Shown here: in pieces, positions 37,813 to 47,206 of the stretch
Layout of the letters: each line of letters opens with the position of its first letter
Numbering within the stretch: the stretch's first letter is position 1
Origin: Candidatus Woesearchaeota archaeon
GTDB lineage: Archaea; Nanobdellota; Nanobdellia; Woesearchaeales; GW2011-AR9
Assembly (NCBI GenBank): GCA_018696595.1
Contig: JABHQW010000008.1
Coordinates: 128,001 to 192,000 of the forward strand
Reading direction: 5' to 3'
Length of the DNA stretch: 64,000 nt
Made by a program: the position numbers and the translations under genes
The notes under the pieces: model-generated
Told to the model about the DNA's origin: nothing
Databases searched by the model: none
What the model saw: only the letters and a program-made list of their open reading frames with translations

Positions 37813-38645
37813 TTAAAAAAATTGGTTTAAGTATGTTGTTTTTCACTTTCCTGTTGCTAGTTAGTACAATAGCGGATCCTTTATACTCAGTTTCTTTAGT
37901 TAACACAGATCAGGGTTTAGCTTATTCAAACACTGAAATCACAGAAGGGAAAATCCCCCCCTTATTGAATGAAGGGACGGTAACAATAAAAATTATTGAT
38001 TTCTCGGGAAATATGTTGTATGAAAATAAAGTATCTCCCCCCTTGTTCCAACCTTTCCAATTATTTGTTCCTTACTACAAGAATGGAAAAGAAATAAAAA
38101 TCATTACAGATAATGAAGTTCCCCTTTCAATAGAAGTTAATCATTTTGCTGATACTTGTGGAAATGATATCTGTGAGGACCATGAAAATTTTGATCTTTG
38201 TAAAGATGATTGTGCTCCTAATGAAAAAGATTCTTATTGTAATAAAGAAACAAACAATGTTTGTGACCCAGATTGTACAGAAGGAGAAGATATTGATTGT
38301 GAAAAAGAAAAAAAGATAATTGGAGAAGATGAAAACATTAATTATGAAGAATCTAAAGAAGCTGAAAAGGAAAAAGTTGTTGGAGATGAGAAAAAAGAAG
38401 GAGAAAAAGGATTTCCTTGGTGGATAATTTTATTATTGTTAGTAATCTCACTATTTATTGCTTTAATTATTTTCTTAATTGGCCATGATAAGAAAAAACA
38501 CGAAAATGAAAGATTAAAACCAATGAGCAATTATATCCAAAAATATCTTCAGCAAGGATATTTACTTAAACAAATAAAATTAGAATTAATTAAATCTGGA
38601 TATAAAGAAAAAGATATTGAAAAAGCTTATAGATTGGTAAAATGA
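37809..38645 (+). CDS. membrane-anchored Cys-rich surface protein
   Basis: Signal peptide, CGNDICE...CDPDC repeats, C-terminal TM and short cytoplasmic helical domain. Confidence 0.65.
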   Translation: MIKKIGLSMLFFTFLLLVSTIADPLYSVSLVNTDQGLAYSNTEITEGKIPPLLNEGTVTIKIIDFSGNMLYENKVSPPLFQPFQLFVPYYKNGKEIKIITDNEVPLSIEVNHFADTCGNDICEDHENFDLCKDDCAPNEKDSYCNKETNNVCDPDCTEGEDIDCEKEKKIIGEDENINYEESKEAEKEKVVGDEKKEGEKGFPWWIILLLLVISLFIALIIFLIGHDKKKHENERLKPMSNYIQKYLQQGYLLKQIKLELIKSGYKEKDIEKAYRLVK

Positions 38646-38687
38646 TTAATTTTTAAATTGAAAATTAAAAAAGTAAGAAGAAAAAAA

Positions 38688-41000
38688 TTATTTCTCTCTT
38701 TCAGCATCCAATAACAGTTTCTTTTCAGTCTTAGCAACAACATGTCTAATCTCCCTAACCGCATCAGCATTAGCAGAAATCGAATCAACACCTTGATGTA
38801 CTAAAAACTCTGCCATCTCTGGACGAGAACCAGCTTGACCACAAATTGAACTTTTCACGCCATACTTCTTACAAACTTTAATCACTTTTGCAATTTCTCC
38901 TAAAACGGCAGGATGCATTTCATCAAACAGTTTAGAAATTTTAGCATTGTTCCGATCAATTCCTAAAGTCAACTGAGTTAAATCGTTTGTTCCAAATGAA
39001 ACAAATGAAATCCCTTCTTTACATAAATCTTCAATAATCCAGCAAGAGGCAGGAGTTTCTATCATTACCCCAAAATCAACATCTTTACATGGTTCTAAAC
39101 CAATCTCTCGCATAACTGCTTTAGCTTTCTTAACTTCATCTGCACGAATCACAAACGGCAGCATGATTCCCACATTATCCATACCTTCATCATGTAATTC
39201 TTTAATTGCTTGAAATTCTGCTTTTAATATTCTTGGCTCATCTAATAATCTTCTTATAGCATGCCAACCAATCATTGGATCACTTTCATGAGGCTCTTGA
39301 TCTCCGCCTTGCAAATTTCGGTATTCATCTGAACGCATATCTGAACATCTTACCCAAACCGGTTTATGGGGAAAGGCTTTAGCAATCTTACCAATACCTT
39401 CTTTTAACAAATTAACATAATCTTGATCTTTATCTTGCCTAATATACTCCGCAGGGTGAACTTTACCAGAAGCGATCATAATTTCTAAACGAACCAACCC
39501 AACCCCGTCTGGATTTGTTACAGCTGCTTTTTCGGCCATGTCTGGAAGATCTAAAATTATTTTTATATCTGTAGCTGTAACTATTTCTTCTCCTGTAGAA
39601 ACTTGTGTTGGAGCGGCTATTGTTTCCTTGACTTTCATGATCCCATCATAAACTATCCCCCTTGTAGCATGAACAGTAATTTCTTGAGCATCTTTTAAAA
39701 TTTCAGTAGCGTGTTCTGTTCCCACAATACAAGGAGTACCCATTTCTCTAGAAACAATAGCGGCATGACAAGTCATCCCACCTTCATCTGTAACTATAGC
39801 GCCTGCTTTTTGCATTGCCGGAACCATATCAGGAGTAGTCATTTTAGTTACCATTATGTCTCCTTTCTCAATTTTGTTTAACTCAGAAGCATCCTTAATT
39901 ATTCTTACTTTTCCAGCATAAACTCCACGTGAAGCAGTTTCTCCTTTAATTAAAATTTTTCCTGCTTCTTCATCAGTTGCAGACCCTTGCTCTGTTTTTT
40001 CTTCAACTTTTTCTTCTTTATGAAAAGTTGTAACTGCTCTTGCTTGAACAATTAAAATATCATTTCCTTCAATTGCCCATTCAATGTCCATCGGTTTTTG
40101 ATAATGGTCTTCAATCTTTTTTCCTAAACGAGCAAGTTCTCTAACTTCAGAATCAGGAACCACTTGTCTTTCCTGGTTTTCTTTAGGAATATCTTGTTTT
40201 TCGTTCTCTCCGTTTTCATTCCTAAATAAACCCCATTCCTGTTTCTTTATTTTTGTAGATTTTATTGCTTTAGTATTTTTATCAACAATGTAAGTGTCAG
40301 GATTGACTTCCCCTCCAACAATTGATTCACCTAATCCATAAACACCTTCAACTACAATTTCATCTTCTTGGTTTGTACTTGGATTAATTGTAAACATAAT
40401 TCCTGCCCGATCAGAATTAACCATTTTTTGTATAATTGCAGAAATTAAAACTTTTTCATGATCAAATTTGTTCTTTGTCCTGTAATATATTGCTCTAGCT
40501 GTAAACAAAGATGCCCAGCATGCTCTTACTGCAGTTATCACCTGGTTTTTACCTTTAATATTGAGATAAGTTGCTTGTTGTCCCGCAAATGATGCTTCAG
40601 GTAAATCTTCTGCAGTTGCACTAGATCTTACTGCAACAAAAACTTCTTTCGCTTCAATTAAATCATGTGCTTCCTTTTCTGCTCCCAGAAGTTCATAATT
40701 ATCTATAATCTCTTCCTTAATTTCTTCAGGGATTTCAGTGTCTGTAATGATTTTCTGAATTTGTTTTGCTACTTCTTGTAACTTAGCAGTATCATCGACA
40801 TTTAAACCAAACAATTGTGCTAAAATTTTATCTTTGATTCCTGTCTTTTCAATAAACTCTTTGTAAGTTTGAGCAGTAACTGCGAAACCATTTGGGACTG
40901 GTAAACCAGCATTAATCATCTCAGCGAGATTTGCACCCTTCCCTCCCGCAGTAGCAATAGAATCTTTATTTAAATCTTTAAACCAAGCAACGTATGACAT
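38688..41000 (-). CDS. ppsA: phosphoenolpyruvate synthase
   Basis: GGKGANL, VRSSATAED, TCHAAIVSRE, SFGTNDLTQ, SICGQ. Confidence 0.96.
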   Translation of the reverse strand: MSYVAWFKDLNKDSIATAGGKGANLAEMINAGLPVPNGFAVTAQTYKEFIEKTGIKDKILAQLFGLNVDDTAKLQEVAKQIQKIITDTEIPEEIKEEIIDNYELLGAEKEAHDLIEAKEVFVAVRSSATAEDLPEASFAGQQATYLNIKGKNQVITAVRACWASLFTARAIYYRTKNKFDHEKVLISAIIQKMVNSDRAGIMFTINPSTNQEDEIVVEGVYGLGESIVGGEVNPDTYIVDKNTKAIKSTKIKKQEWGLFRNENGENEKQDIPKENQERQVVPDSEVRELARLGKKIEDHYQKPMDIEWAIEGNDILIVQARAVTTFHKEEKVEEKTEQGSATDEEAGKILIKGETASRGVYAGKVRIIKDASELNKIEKGDIMVTKMTTPDMVPAMQKAGAIVTDEGGMTCHAAIVSREMGTPCIVGTEHATEILKDAQEITVHATRGIVYDGIMKVKETIAAPTQVSTGEEIVTATDIKIILDLPDMAEKAAVTNPDGVGLVRLEIMIASGKVHPAEYIRQDKDQDYVNLLKEGIGKIAKAFPHKPVWVRCSDMRSDEYRNLQGGDQEPHESDPMIGWHAIRRLLDEPRILKAEFQAIKELHDEGMDNVGIMLPFVIRADEVKKAKAVMREIGLEPCKDVDFGVMIETPASCWIIEDLCKEGISFVSFGTNDLTQLTLGIDRNNAKISKLFDEMHPAVLGEIAKVIKVCKKYGVKSSICGQAGSRPEMAEFLVHQGVDSISANADAVREIRHVVAKTEKKLLLDAEREK

Positions 41001-41111
41001 TTGTAAGCACCTCTTTTGAATAATTGTTAAAGAATTAAATTATTATTTAAACTTATCTTTAATAGAATAAAATAAATTAAAAAAATAAGAACTGATATTA
41101 TATTTTAACAG

Positions 41112-41459
41112 TTATTCTTCATCCAAATCTTCGCCGAAATCATCTGTATCTTCAATACTTTCATCATACATTGGTTTATCGGGAATTCTTTCCAAAGATT
41201 CTTTGCTTACAGTTTCAAACTTTTTCCTTCTGGGTGCTGGACGATCTTTCTTCTCTAGTTTTTTAACAACTTCAGCAAAACCAACTTTTTCTAATACTTT
41301 AGTAACTTTTACTAAAACAAAATCATTTTCTTTTGTGTTAGCAACAAATAACACAAAACCTTTAACTCTAGCGATCCCGTCACCTTTTCCACCAACAGAA
41401 TCTATATGCACTTCATACTGTTCTCCCGCTTTAACCGGGGCTGTTCTACTTTCATTCAT
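41112..41459 (-). CDS. TRAM-domain RNA-binding protein
   Basis: APVKAGEQY, GDGIARVKGFVLFV. Confidence 0.88.
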   Translation of the reverse strand: MNESRTAPVKAGEQYEVHIDSVGGKGDGIARVKGFVLFVANTKENDFVLVKVTKVLEKVGFAEVVKKLEKKDRPAPRRKKFETVSKESLERIPDKPMYDESIEDTDDFGEDLDEE

Positions 41460-41607
41460 TTATACGTACCTCCGAGTACTAGTTCTAGATTTATGAGAAT
41501 TAGACTGTGAATTTGTATTTATTTGCTTCATAACTTTAATTGTTTATTTGCTTTAATATTATATAAATGTTGTGTAAAAAATAAAAGAAAAATAAAAAGA
41601 AAGAAAA

Positions 41608-42663
41608 TCAACTCATGTCCTTAATCCCACTCTCTTCAACCATGAAACAAGTTTCACCGTCAGGTAAGTTAGGCGCGTCAATCAATTTAGCAACTCGACT
41701 ACCTTTTCTACCTTTTCTCAAATAGATTCTAAAAGTAGATGCGTGAGCAACAATATGCCCACCAATAGAAGCGGTTGGATCTCCAAAGAACTGATCTGGT
41801 TTAGCCATAACTTGATTTGTAACATAAACACAAATGTTATGTGAAGATGCAATCTTAGCTAAAGCATGCATGTGTCTGTTTAATTTCTGTTGTCTCTCTG
41901 CTAAAGTTCCCCGGCCAATAAATTCTGCCCTGAAATGAGAAGTTAAAGAATCAACAACGAGTAATCTTATTTTTTTACCTTGTTCTGTAACTAAACTATC
42001 AACTTTTTCAGTTAACAACATCTGGTGGTCTGTATTATAAGCACGAGCAACCATGATTCGACTTAATGCATCTTGTGGATCAATTCCTACGCCATGTGCT
42101 AGTTGAGTAATTCTCTCTGGCCTGAATGTGTTTTCAGTATCAAGATAAACCACATAAGCATTTGGATCTTCTTTAAGAGTGTTTACAGCTAAGATATGCC
42201 CAATTTGAGTCTTACCAGAACCAAACTCACCGAAACATTCAGTAATTGCATTGGTTTCAAAACCACCACCCATCAGATTATCAAATCCTTCTGAACCAGT
42301 ACGGATTTTACAAATTAATTCTCTTTTCTTCAATACGTCCATGCCGGTCTCAAAACCCATTTTCATACTATCTCTAGCGGCATTGATCATTTTTCGCCCC
42401 ACAGATTCTGAAACTCCTGCGGTTTCGGCTAATTGTCCTAATGTAGCAACGGCAATAGACATTAAATCTCTATAACCAGCAGATTCTAATTTTTCTGCAG
42501 TTGCTGCCCCCACTCCGGGAAGGTCTTGTATAGTTAACTTCTCCATTTTTGGTTCCTCAATAGGTTCAACTTCTTCTTTTACTTCTTTGATGGATTCTGC
42601 TTCTTCAATGTTAATTTCTTCTGTGTATTCTGGTGCCATTTGTTCAACTTTTTGTTTTGTCAT
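41608..42663 (-). CDS. radA: DNA repair and recombination protein RadA
   Basis: HhH DLPGVG, GEFGSGKTQ, DTENTFRPER, RQQKLNRH. Confidence 0.97.
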   Translation of the reverse strand: MTKQKVEQMAPEYTEEINIEEAESIKEVKEEVEPIEEPKMEKLTIQDLPGVGAATAEKLESAGYRDLMSIAVATLGQLAETAGVSESVGRKMINAARDSMKMGFETGMDVLKKRELICKIRTGSEGFDNLMGGGFETNAITECFGEFGSGKTQIGHILAVNTLKEDPNAYVVYLDTENTFRPERITQLAHGVGIDPQDALSRIMVARAYNTDHQMLLTEKVDSLVTEQGKKIRLLVVDSLTSHFRAEFIGRGTLAERQQKLNRHMHALAKIASSHNICVYVTNQVMAKPDQFFGDPTASIGGHIVAHASTFRIYLRKGRKGSRVAKLIDAPNLPDGETCFMVEESGIKDMS

Positions 42664-42714
42664 TTTATTATATACCTCTTCATTATTAAATATTGTGGGA
42701 ATAGAGAATAACCT

Positions 42715-43002
42715 CTATACTTCTCCCTTAAACAATTCTTGTTCGTTAAGAACAATAAATTCGTAAGCTTTCTGCAATACTACATTAGCTTTCGGTAAAT
42801 CATTCGTTCTCATAGAATTTGTTGTCTGCCAATTGTCATCTTTGTCCTTATAACATCTTTCGATGGCAACTGTGTGATATTCACCATTACCTTCTTTTGT
42901 TTTATTTCGCCAGACAGTAGCAGAAACTGCGCCTGCACGAAATCTTTTCTCGGGAAAGTTCCCGGGTACTTCTTCTACAACTACTTTTTGTTTTGTGTTC
43001 AT
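42715..43002 (-). CDS. small conserved protein, possibly PC4/whirly-like ssDNA-binding
   Basis: GAVSATVW.N, ERCYKDKDDNWQTT; ATG at 43002 follows GAGG; directly upstream of radA. Confidence 0.55.
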   Translation of the reverse strand: MNTKQKVVVEEVPGNFPEKRFRAGAVSATVWRNKTKEGNGEYHTVAIERCYKDKDDNWQTTNSMRTNDLPKANVVLQKAYEFIVLNEQELFKGEV

Positions 43003-43107
43003 TTTATATTTCCTCTTCCTTTCGGTTTTTATTTCAACTAGTTGCAATTATACAACCAGCGAGGTTGCAATCAGTTTTGATTACATCTACTATAGTACAG
43101 AAACTAA

Positions 43108-43138
43108 TTTATATAGCTTGTCCGAGGTTGTCTAGTGG
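43108..43138 (-). promoter_or_regulatory. CCACTAGACA motif followed after 14 nt by TATA box ATATAAA
   Basis: Minus strand reads ccactagaca-acctcggacaagct-atataaa. Confidence 0.6.
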
Positions 43139-43188
43139 CTGCATTGAAGCTCTGAAACAAGAATATTTTGATGATAGAAACGTTCTCG

Positions 43189-43214
43189 CACTAGACAAAG
43201 AGGGTTGTCTAGTG
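43189..43214. repeat. perfect palindrome CACTAGACAA-N6-TTGTCTAGTG
   Basis: Two inverted copies of the same motif, 6 nt beyond the transporter stop codon. Confidence 0.75.
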
Positions 43215-43220
43215 GGTTAT

Positions 43221-44603
43221 TTAGAACAATAATTTCATTTGCAAAGCTAGAACAAATAAAGTAATAACAATTACAACCGGAATAATTAATATGCTGTAAG
43301 ATAAAAATTTCTTATAACTCATTTCAATTTTGTTAAACTTTAACATTTTAATCCACATTAATCCCGCTAAAGCCCCAAACAAAGTAAGATTATCGCCTAA
43401 ATTCGCTCCAACAATTAATGCCAATCCTTTATTCAAATTACCGTTTAAAGCTTGAGCAAAGAACATTGTCATTGGTTGATCAATCATTATATTGGCAGTG
43501 ATTGCAGAAAGAATTCCTGTAAAAAATATTTCTGAAAATATTCCCGTAAACTTACTCAATAAAATTGCTAGATAATTAGTCAACCCATAAATAGTAAACA
43601 AATGAATAATAATAAAAAATGAAGTGATTAGAGGTAATATCTTCCACGGCATACGATGAAAACTGACAAAAAATTCATTAACTTTAAATTTCCAATTATG
43701 TGCTAACATCATTAATTTTGTCTTCTGATGATGATATTGGTGTGATTGGAACTTTGTTTTCCAATGGTGAAATGAAAATAATAAATTAACAACTAAGAAA
43801 AATAAAGCAAAGCCAGTGGTTACCTGCCAAATTTCTAAATTCAAATATTCAGAAAATAGTAAAGAAACAAAAAATAAGGAAAAGAGAACCACACTAACAA
43901 CTGCTGCAACTTTATTCCTAATATATTTTGTATGGTCTAATTTCTTGATAACCCTAATCTTTCTTTCAATTTGTTTCCTGAAAACAAAGAACACTAACAA
44001 AGAAGTTATTACACCAGCAACAATTGTTGGAATAAACATTAATTTACTATATTCAAAGAAGCTTAAATTTAATGCTTGAGCAACAATAATGTTTGTTGGA
44101 CTACCAATATAAAGAATCATGCTCCAAGTGTTAGAAGCAAAAAATACTGCAATTAAGTAAGGCAGAGGATTAATTTTAGAATGTTTGGATAAATAAAGAA
44201 TTAAAGGAGTCATGGTTAAAGTAACAACATCATTGGAAGTGAAAATGGTTAAACAAGCAGTAAATAAAATCAAATAAAAGAATAATTTGTAACCATTATT
44301 CTTAGAGAACTTTAAAACCCGAAAAGAGAGATATTCAAAAAATCCAGTAGTATCTAAAGAGATGCAAACATAAGCAGCAGTAAAAAAGATTAATATTATT
44401 TGCCAAGGAACCAAATTATTTATTCCTTGCAAAGCTTCAAGAATCATAGAAAAATTTAACAAACCAATAAGCAATAAAACCAAGATTGCCAGAAGAGGAG
44501 CAATGCCATAATCAATTTTAATCCTTTTTATTTTAGGTTCTTTAATAATGGTGAACACTGTCGCAAAGAAAACTAATATCAATAAGATCTGTTGAACATC
44601 CAT
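43221..44603 (-). CDS. ArsB/NhaD (ion transporter superfamily) permease
   Basis: Minus strand by direct reading; LDTTGFFEY, FTSNDVV, IGSPTNIIVA, GANLG. Confidence 0.85.
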   Translation of the reverse strand: MDVQQILLILVFFATVFTIIKEPKIKRIKIDYGIAPLLAILVLLLIGLLNFSMILEALQGINNLVPWQIILIFFTAAYVCISLDTTGFFEYLSFRVLKFSKNNGYKLFFYLILFTACLTIFTSNDVVTLTMTPLILYLSKHSKINPLPYLIAVFFASNTWSMILYIGSPTNIIVAQALNLSFFEYSKLMFIPTIVAGVITSLLVFFVFRKQIERKIRVIKKLDHTKYIRNKVAAVVSVVLFSLFFVSLLFSEYLNLEIWQVTTGFALFFLVVNLLFSFHHWKTKFQSHQYHHQKTKLMMLAHNWKFKVNEFFVSFHRMPWKILPLITSFFIIIHLFTIYGLTNYLAILLSKFTGIFSEIFFTGILSAITANIMIDQPMTMFFAQALNGNLNKGLALIVGANLGDNLTLFGALAGLMWIKMLKFNKIEMSYKKFLSYSILIIPVVIVITLFVLALQMKLLF

Positions 44604-44718
44604 CAAATAAAAGATATTTCTTTTCTTTATTAATATTTCTTAAACCCTAGACCAATAGGTTTACCCCCCAGCAGTAATAAACGAGGAAACATTTATAAAC
44701 TAGAAAAACAATTTAGCT

Positions 44719-45561
44719 ATGATGATAAAGTTTGCCACAATATGTACTTTAGTTGCAACATTAATGACTAATGGAGTAGATAAATTAGAGAGTAAACCCA
44801 TTCAAACTCCCTTTGAAGAAACTTGCCCAGAAGTACAACACCCAAAGGATTTAGAACCATACAGATTGCGAGATCCAACGGTCGTGTTTGAAAGTGTTGA
44901 ACGTTACAATTCATGTGGTGGAAACATTTCAATGGAAGTTGGACCAGGAGGATGGGGCTTAGAAACATGTACAAATGAGGAAAAAATAATAGACTTTTGT
45001 GAGGGGAATTATTTTTCTTTAGAACAAAAAGGTAATGGACCAATATATGTTTACTGTTCTAGTGCAGAGTATTTAGCCACACATTGGGAAGAGGAACAAC
45101 AATCACATTCTTGGATACAAAAACACTTAGAACTTTTTGATACACTCGAAACCGAATATGAATTGCCTCGAGGAACTATTGCCGCAGTTGCTGCCCCAAG
45201 AGGATTTGAATCCCCAAAAGAAGATAGAGTAAATGAGTACACGGGAGAAGTGGGTTATTTTCAATTAGATAGAAAAACTGGTAAAAGAGTGGGCTTAGAA
45301 GTTGCACCTAAAACATTCTTAGAAATAATCCTTTCTATGGAAAGTAGTCAAATTAGTGCAGAAAACGATCAACGATTAAATCTTACAGTAACAGCCGAGA
45401 AATTAGCCCAAGCAATTTCAGAAGAATATTCAATAGTGAAAGACATGGATTTGGCCTTAAAACAAGTCTTAAGAGATAATGCACCGACAATAGAAAGAAT
45501 TAATTATATTCAAACTTTATTAAGTGGACCTCATTGCGAAAGTAGTTATCAAATAAATTAA
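44719..45561 (+). CDS. secreted protein with lytic transglycosylase (SLT)-like domain
   Basis: YELPRGTIAAVA, GEVGYFQL, NL...AEKL resemble SLT motifs; catalytic ES not at the usual position. Confidence 0.45.
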   Translation: MMIKFATICTLVATLMTNGVDKLESKPIQTPFEETCPEVQHPKDLEPYRLRDPTVVFESVERYNSCGGNISMEVGPGGWGLETCTNEEKIIDFCEGNYFSLEQKGNGPIYVYCSSAEYLATHWEEEQQSHSWIQKHLELFDTLETEYELPRGTIAAVAAPRGFESPKEDRVNEYTGEVGYFQLDRKTGKRVGLEVAPKTFLEIILSMESSQISAENDQRLNLTVTAEKLAQAISEEYSIVKDMDLALKQVLRDNAPTIERINYIQTLLSGPHCESSYQIN

Positions 45562-45563
45562 AT

Positions 45564-46022
45564 TCAAAACAGTAATTCTTTAGCAATCAAAATAACCATT
45601 CCAAATAGAACAACCCATTCCCCAATCCCACCAACTCTGATCCATCCTCTTATTTTAAAATCAGAAAGAGGATAAAAAATCTTTATCCCCATTGGAGTTA
45701 TCATATCTCCAAACAAATGAGAAAGATAACCAATTAAAATTGCAAAAGCATAATAACTGTTCCAGAAAATCGCAGTTATTAAGAAAAATCCCAAAGCCAT
45801 AAACACTGAATGAAATATTCCCCGATGTTTAAATGTAAAACTGATTATACTTCCAATTATCCCAGACGCTTTCTTAATTTTACTTTTACCATCATCAATG
45901 TCTGGAAACACTGAAGCCAATAAAACTAGAAGAAAGAATATTATTTCATTTCCTCCAGAGAAAAAATTCTTTGTTAAAATGAAAGCTACAATTCCAATCA
46001 TTAAGTGTGTATAAAAAAGCAT
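45564..46022 (-). CDS. YdjM-like membrane metal-dependent hydrolase
   Basis: YTH, FPDID, HRGIFHS, SHLFGD. Confidence 0.85.
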   Translation of the reverse strand: MLFYTHLMIGIVAFILTKNFFSGGNEIIFFLLVLLASVFPDIDDGKSKIKKASGIIGSIISFTFKHRGIFHSVFMALGFFLITAIFWNSYYAFAILIGYLSHLFGDMITPMGIKIFYPLSDFKIRGWIRVGGIGEWVVLFGMVILIAKELLF

Positions 46023-46062
46023 GATAAAGAGGATTTCTTAATACTTAATTAATCTTCTTCTT

Positions 46063-47124
46063 TTATTCTTCTTTATCAGCAGATTCAGTTGTTTCAGTAG
46101 ATTCAGGCCCTTTAACTTCTTCAACTTTCTCAGCAGTTTCTGTTTTCTCAACAGCTTCAATAACCGCTTCTACTTTCTCAATCTCTTCTTGAGGTTTAGC
46201 TTTCTCAACAACCTGGGCGTTAAATTCCATCCGATCAAACATATCATTCTTTTTTACACGGCCCATTAACTTGAACTGTTCTCCTAATAAATCTGTTTTC
46301 AAAGATTCAAAAGAAGCCAAATCATCTTTAAACTTAGCCATGTCTTCTTCAGCTTTGTCCAATAAATGGTTAGTTTGATTTTTCCAAAATACTGCTCGAA
46401 TTGTTCCAGTACCATCATCTAAAACAGCATTAAGAACGTATGATAATGCTGGAGTAACTCCTGCTTCTTCTCCTTCCCTAATTCTTCTTCCAGATTCGGG
46501 ATGGACCATAAAAAAGCGAGGATCGAACACTTGTACTACAGTGCCTAAAATTTCTACTCCGTCAGCATTATCATTAAGATCGGCAATGGTCTTTCTTTCA
46601 AAAGAATTACTTTGCCGAACTGTTTCCACTTTTTCCCCTTCTGGATTAACTTTAATATCTCCTCTGTCACCCAAATGGATTTCTTTATTGTTGTTATTCT
46701 CACGAACGTAAGCGTTCTCAACCAAAATAATATCATCTTGGTTAACATTTTGTAATAAATCAACTTGTTCATTCCAAAATACCACTCTTGTTGTACCCGT
46801 TTCATCCCCAATAATCAAAGAACAAACTTTTCCTGTTGAATCTCCTTTTTGAAATTCATGAACATCAAATTTTCTGACAACTTTACCAACAGTAGAAACA
46901 TTACGCATCCCTGCATAAATTTCTTTAATTTTTAATTTAGTCTGTTTATCAGAAATTAATTCAATTCCTAATTCGTTAGCAATGATATGTGCTGCACCTT
47001 CTTCGCTGATTAACCCAGATAACTCTGTGATTTTAGCTTGAATTTTTTCATTTAGTTTTTCAGAATCTAATTTGCCAGAAGCAATAATTTTTTCTTTTAA
47101 GTCATTTATAGGAATTTTATACAT
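46063..47124 (-). CDS. rpa: replication protein A (OB-fold ssDNA-binding protein)
   Basis: GLISEEGAAHIIA, IGDETGTTRVVFW, DDGTGTIRAVFW. Confidence 0.85.
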   Translation of the reverse strand: MYKIPINDLKEKIIASGKLDSEKLNEKIQAKITELSGLISEEGAAHIIANELGIELISDKQTKLKIKEIYAGMRNVSTVGKVVRKFDVHEFQKGDSTGKVCSLIIGDETGTTRVVFWNEQVDLLQNVNQDDIILVENAYVRENNNNKEIHLGDRGDIKVNPEGEKVETVRQSNSFERKTIADLNDNADGVEILGTVVQVFDPRFFMVHPESGRRIREGEEAGVTPALSYVLNAVLDDGTGTIRAVFWKNQTNHLLDKAEEDMAKFKDDLASFESLKTDLLGEQFKLMGRVKKNDMFDRMEFNAQVVEKAKPQEEIEKVEAVIEAVEKTETAEKVEEVKGPESTETTESADKEE

Positions 47125-47206
47125 ATTAACACCACCCTTTTACTGACTTTTATTATCTAACTTTGCTTTATAAGAATTTGTGTTTTTAAGGATATACTAA
47201 GAATAA

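Noticed and set aside
42993-43232. 79-aa ORF spanning the motif copies
   Set aside because: Overlaps the radA-operon promoter and adjacent genes; its SSG/LVG residues simply reflect the DNA motif
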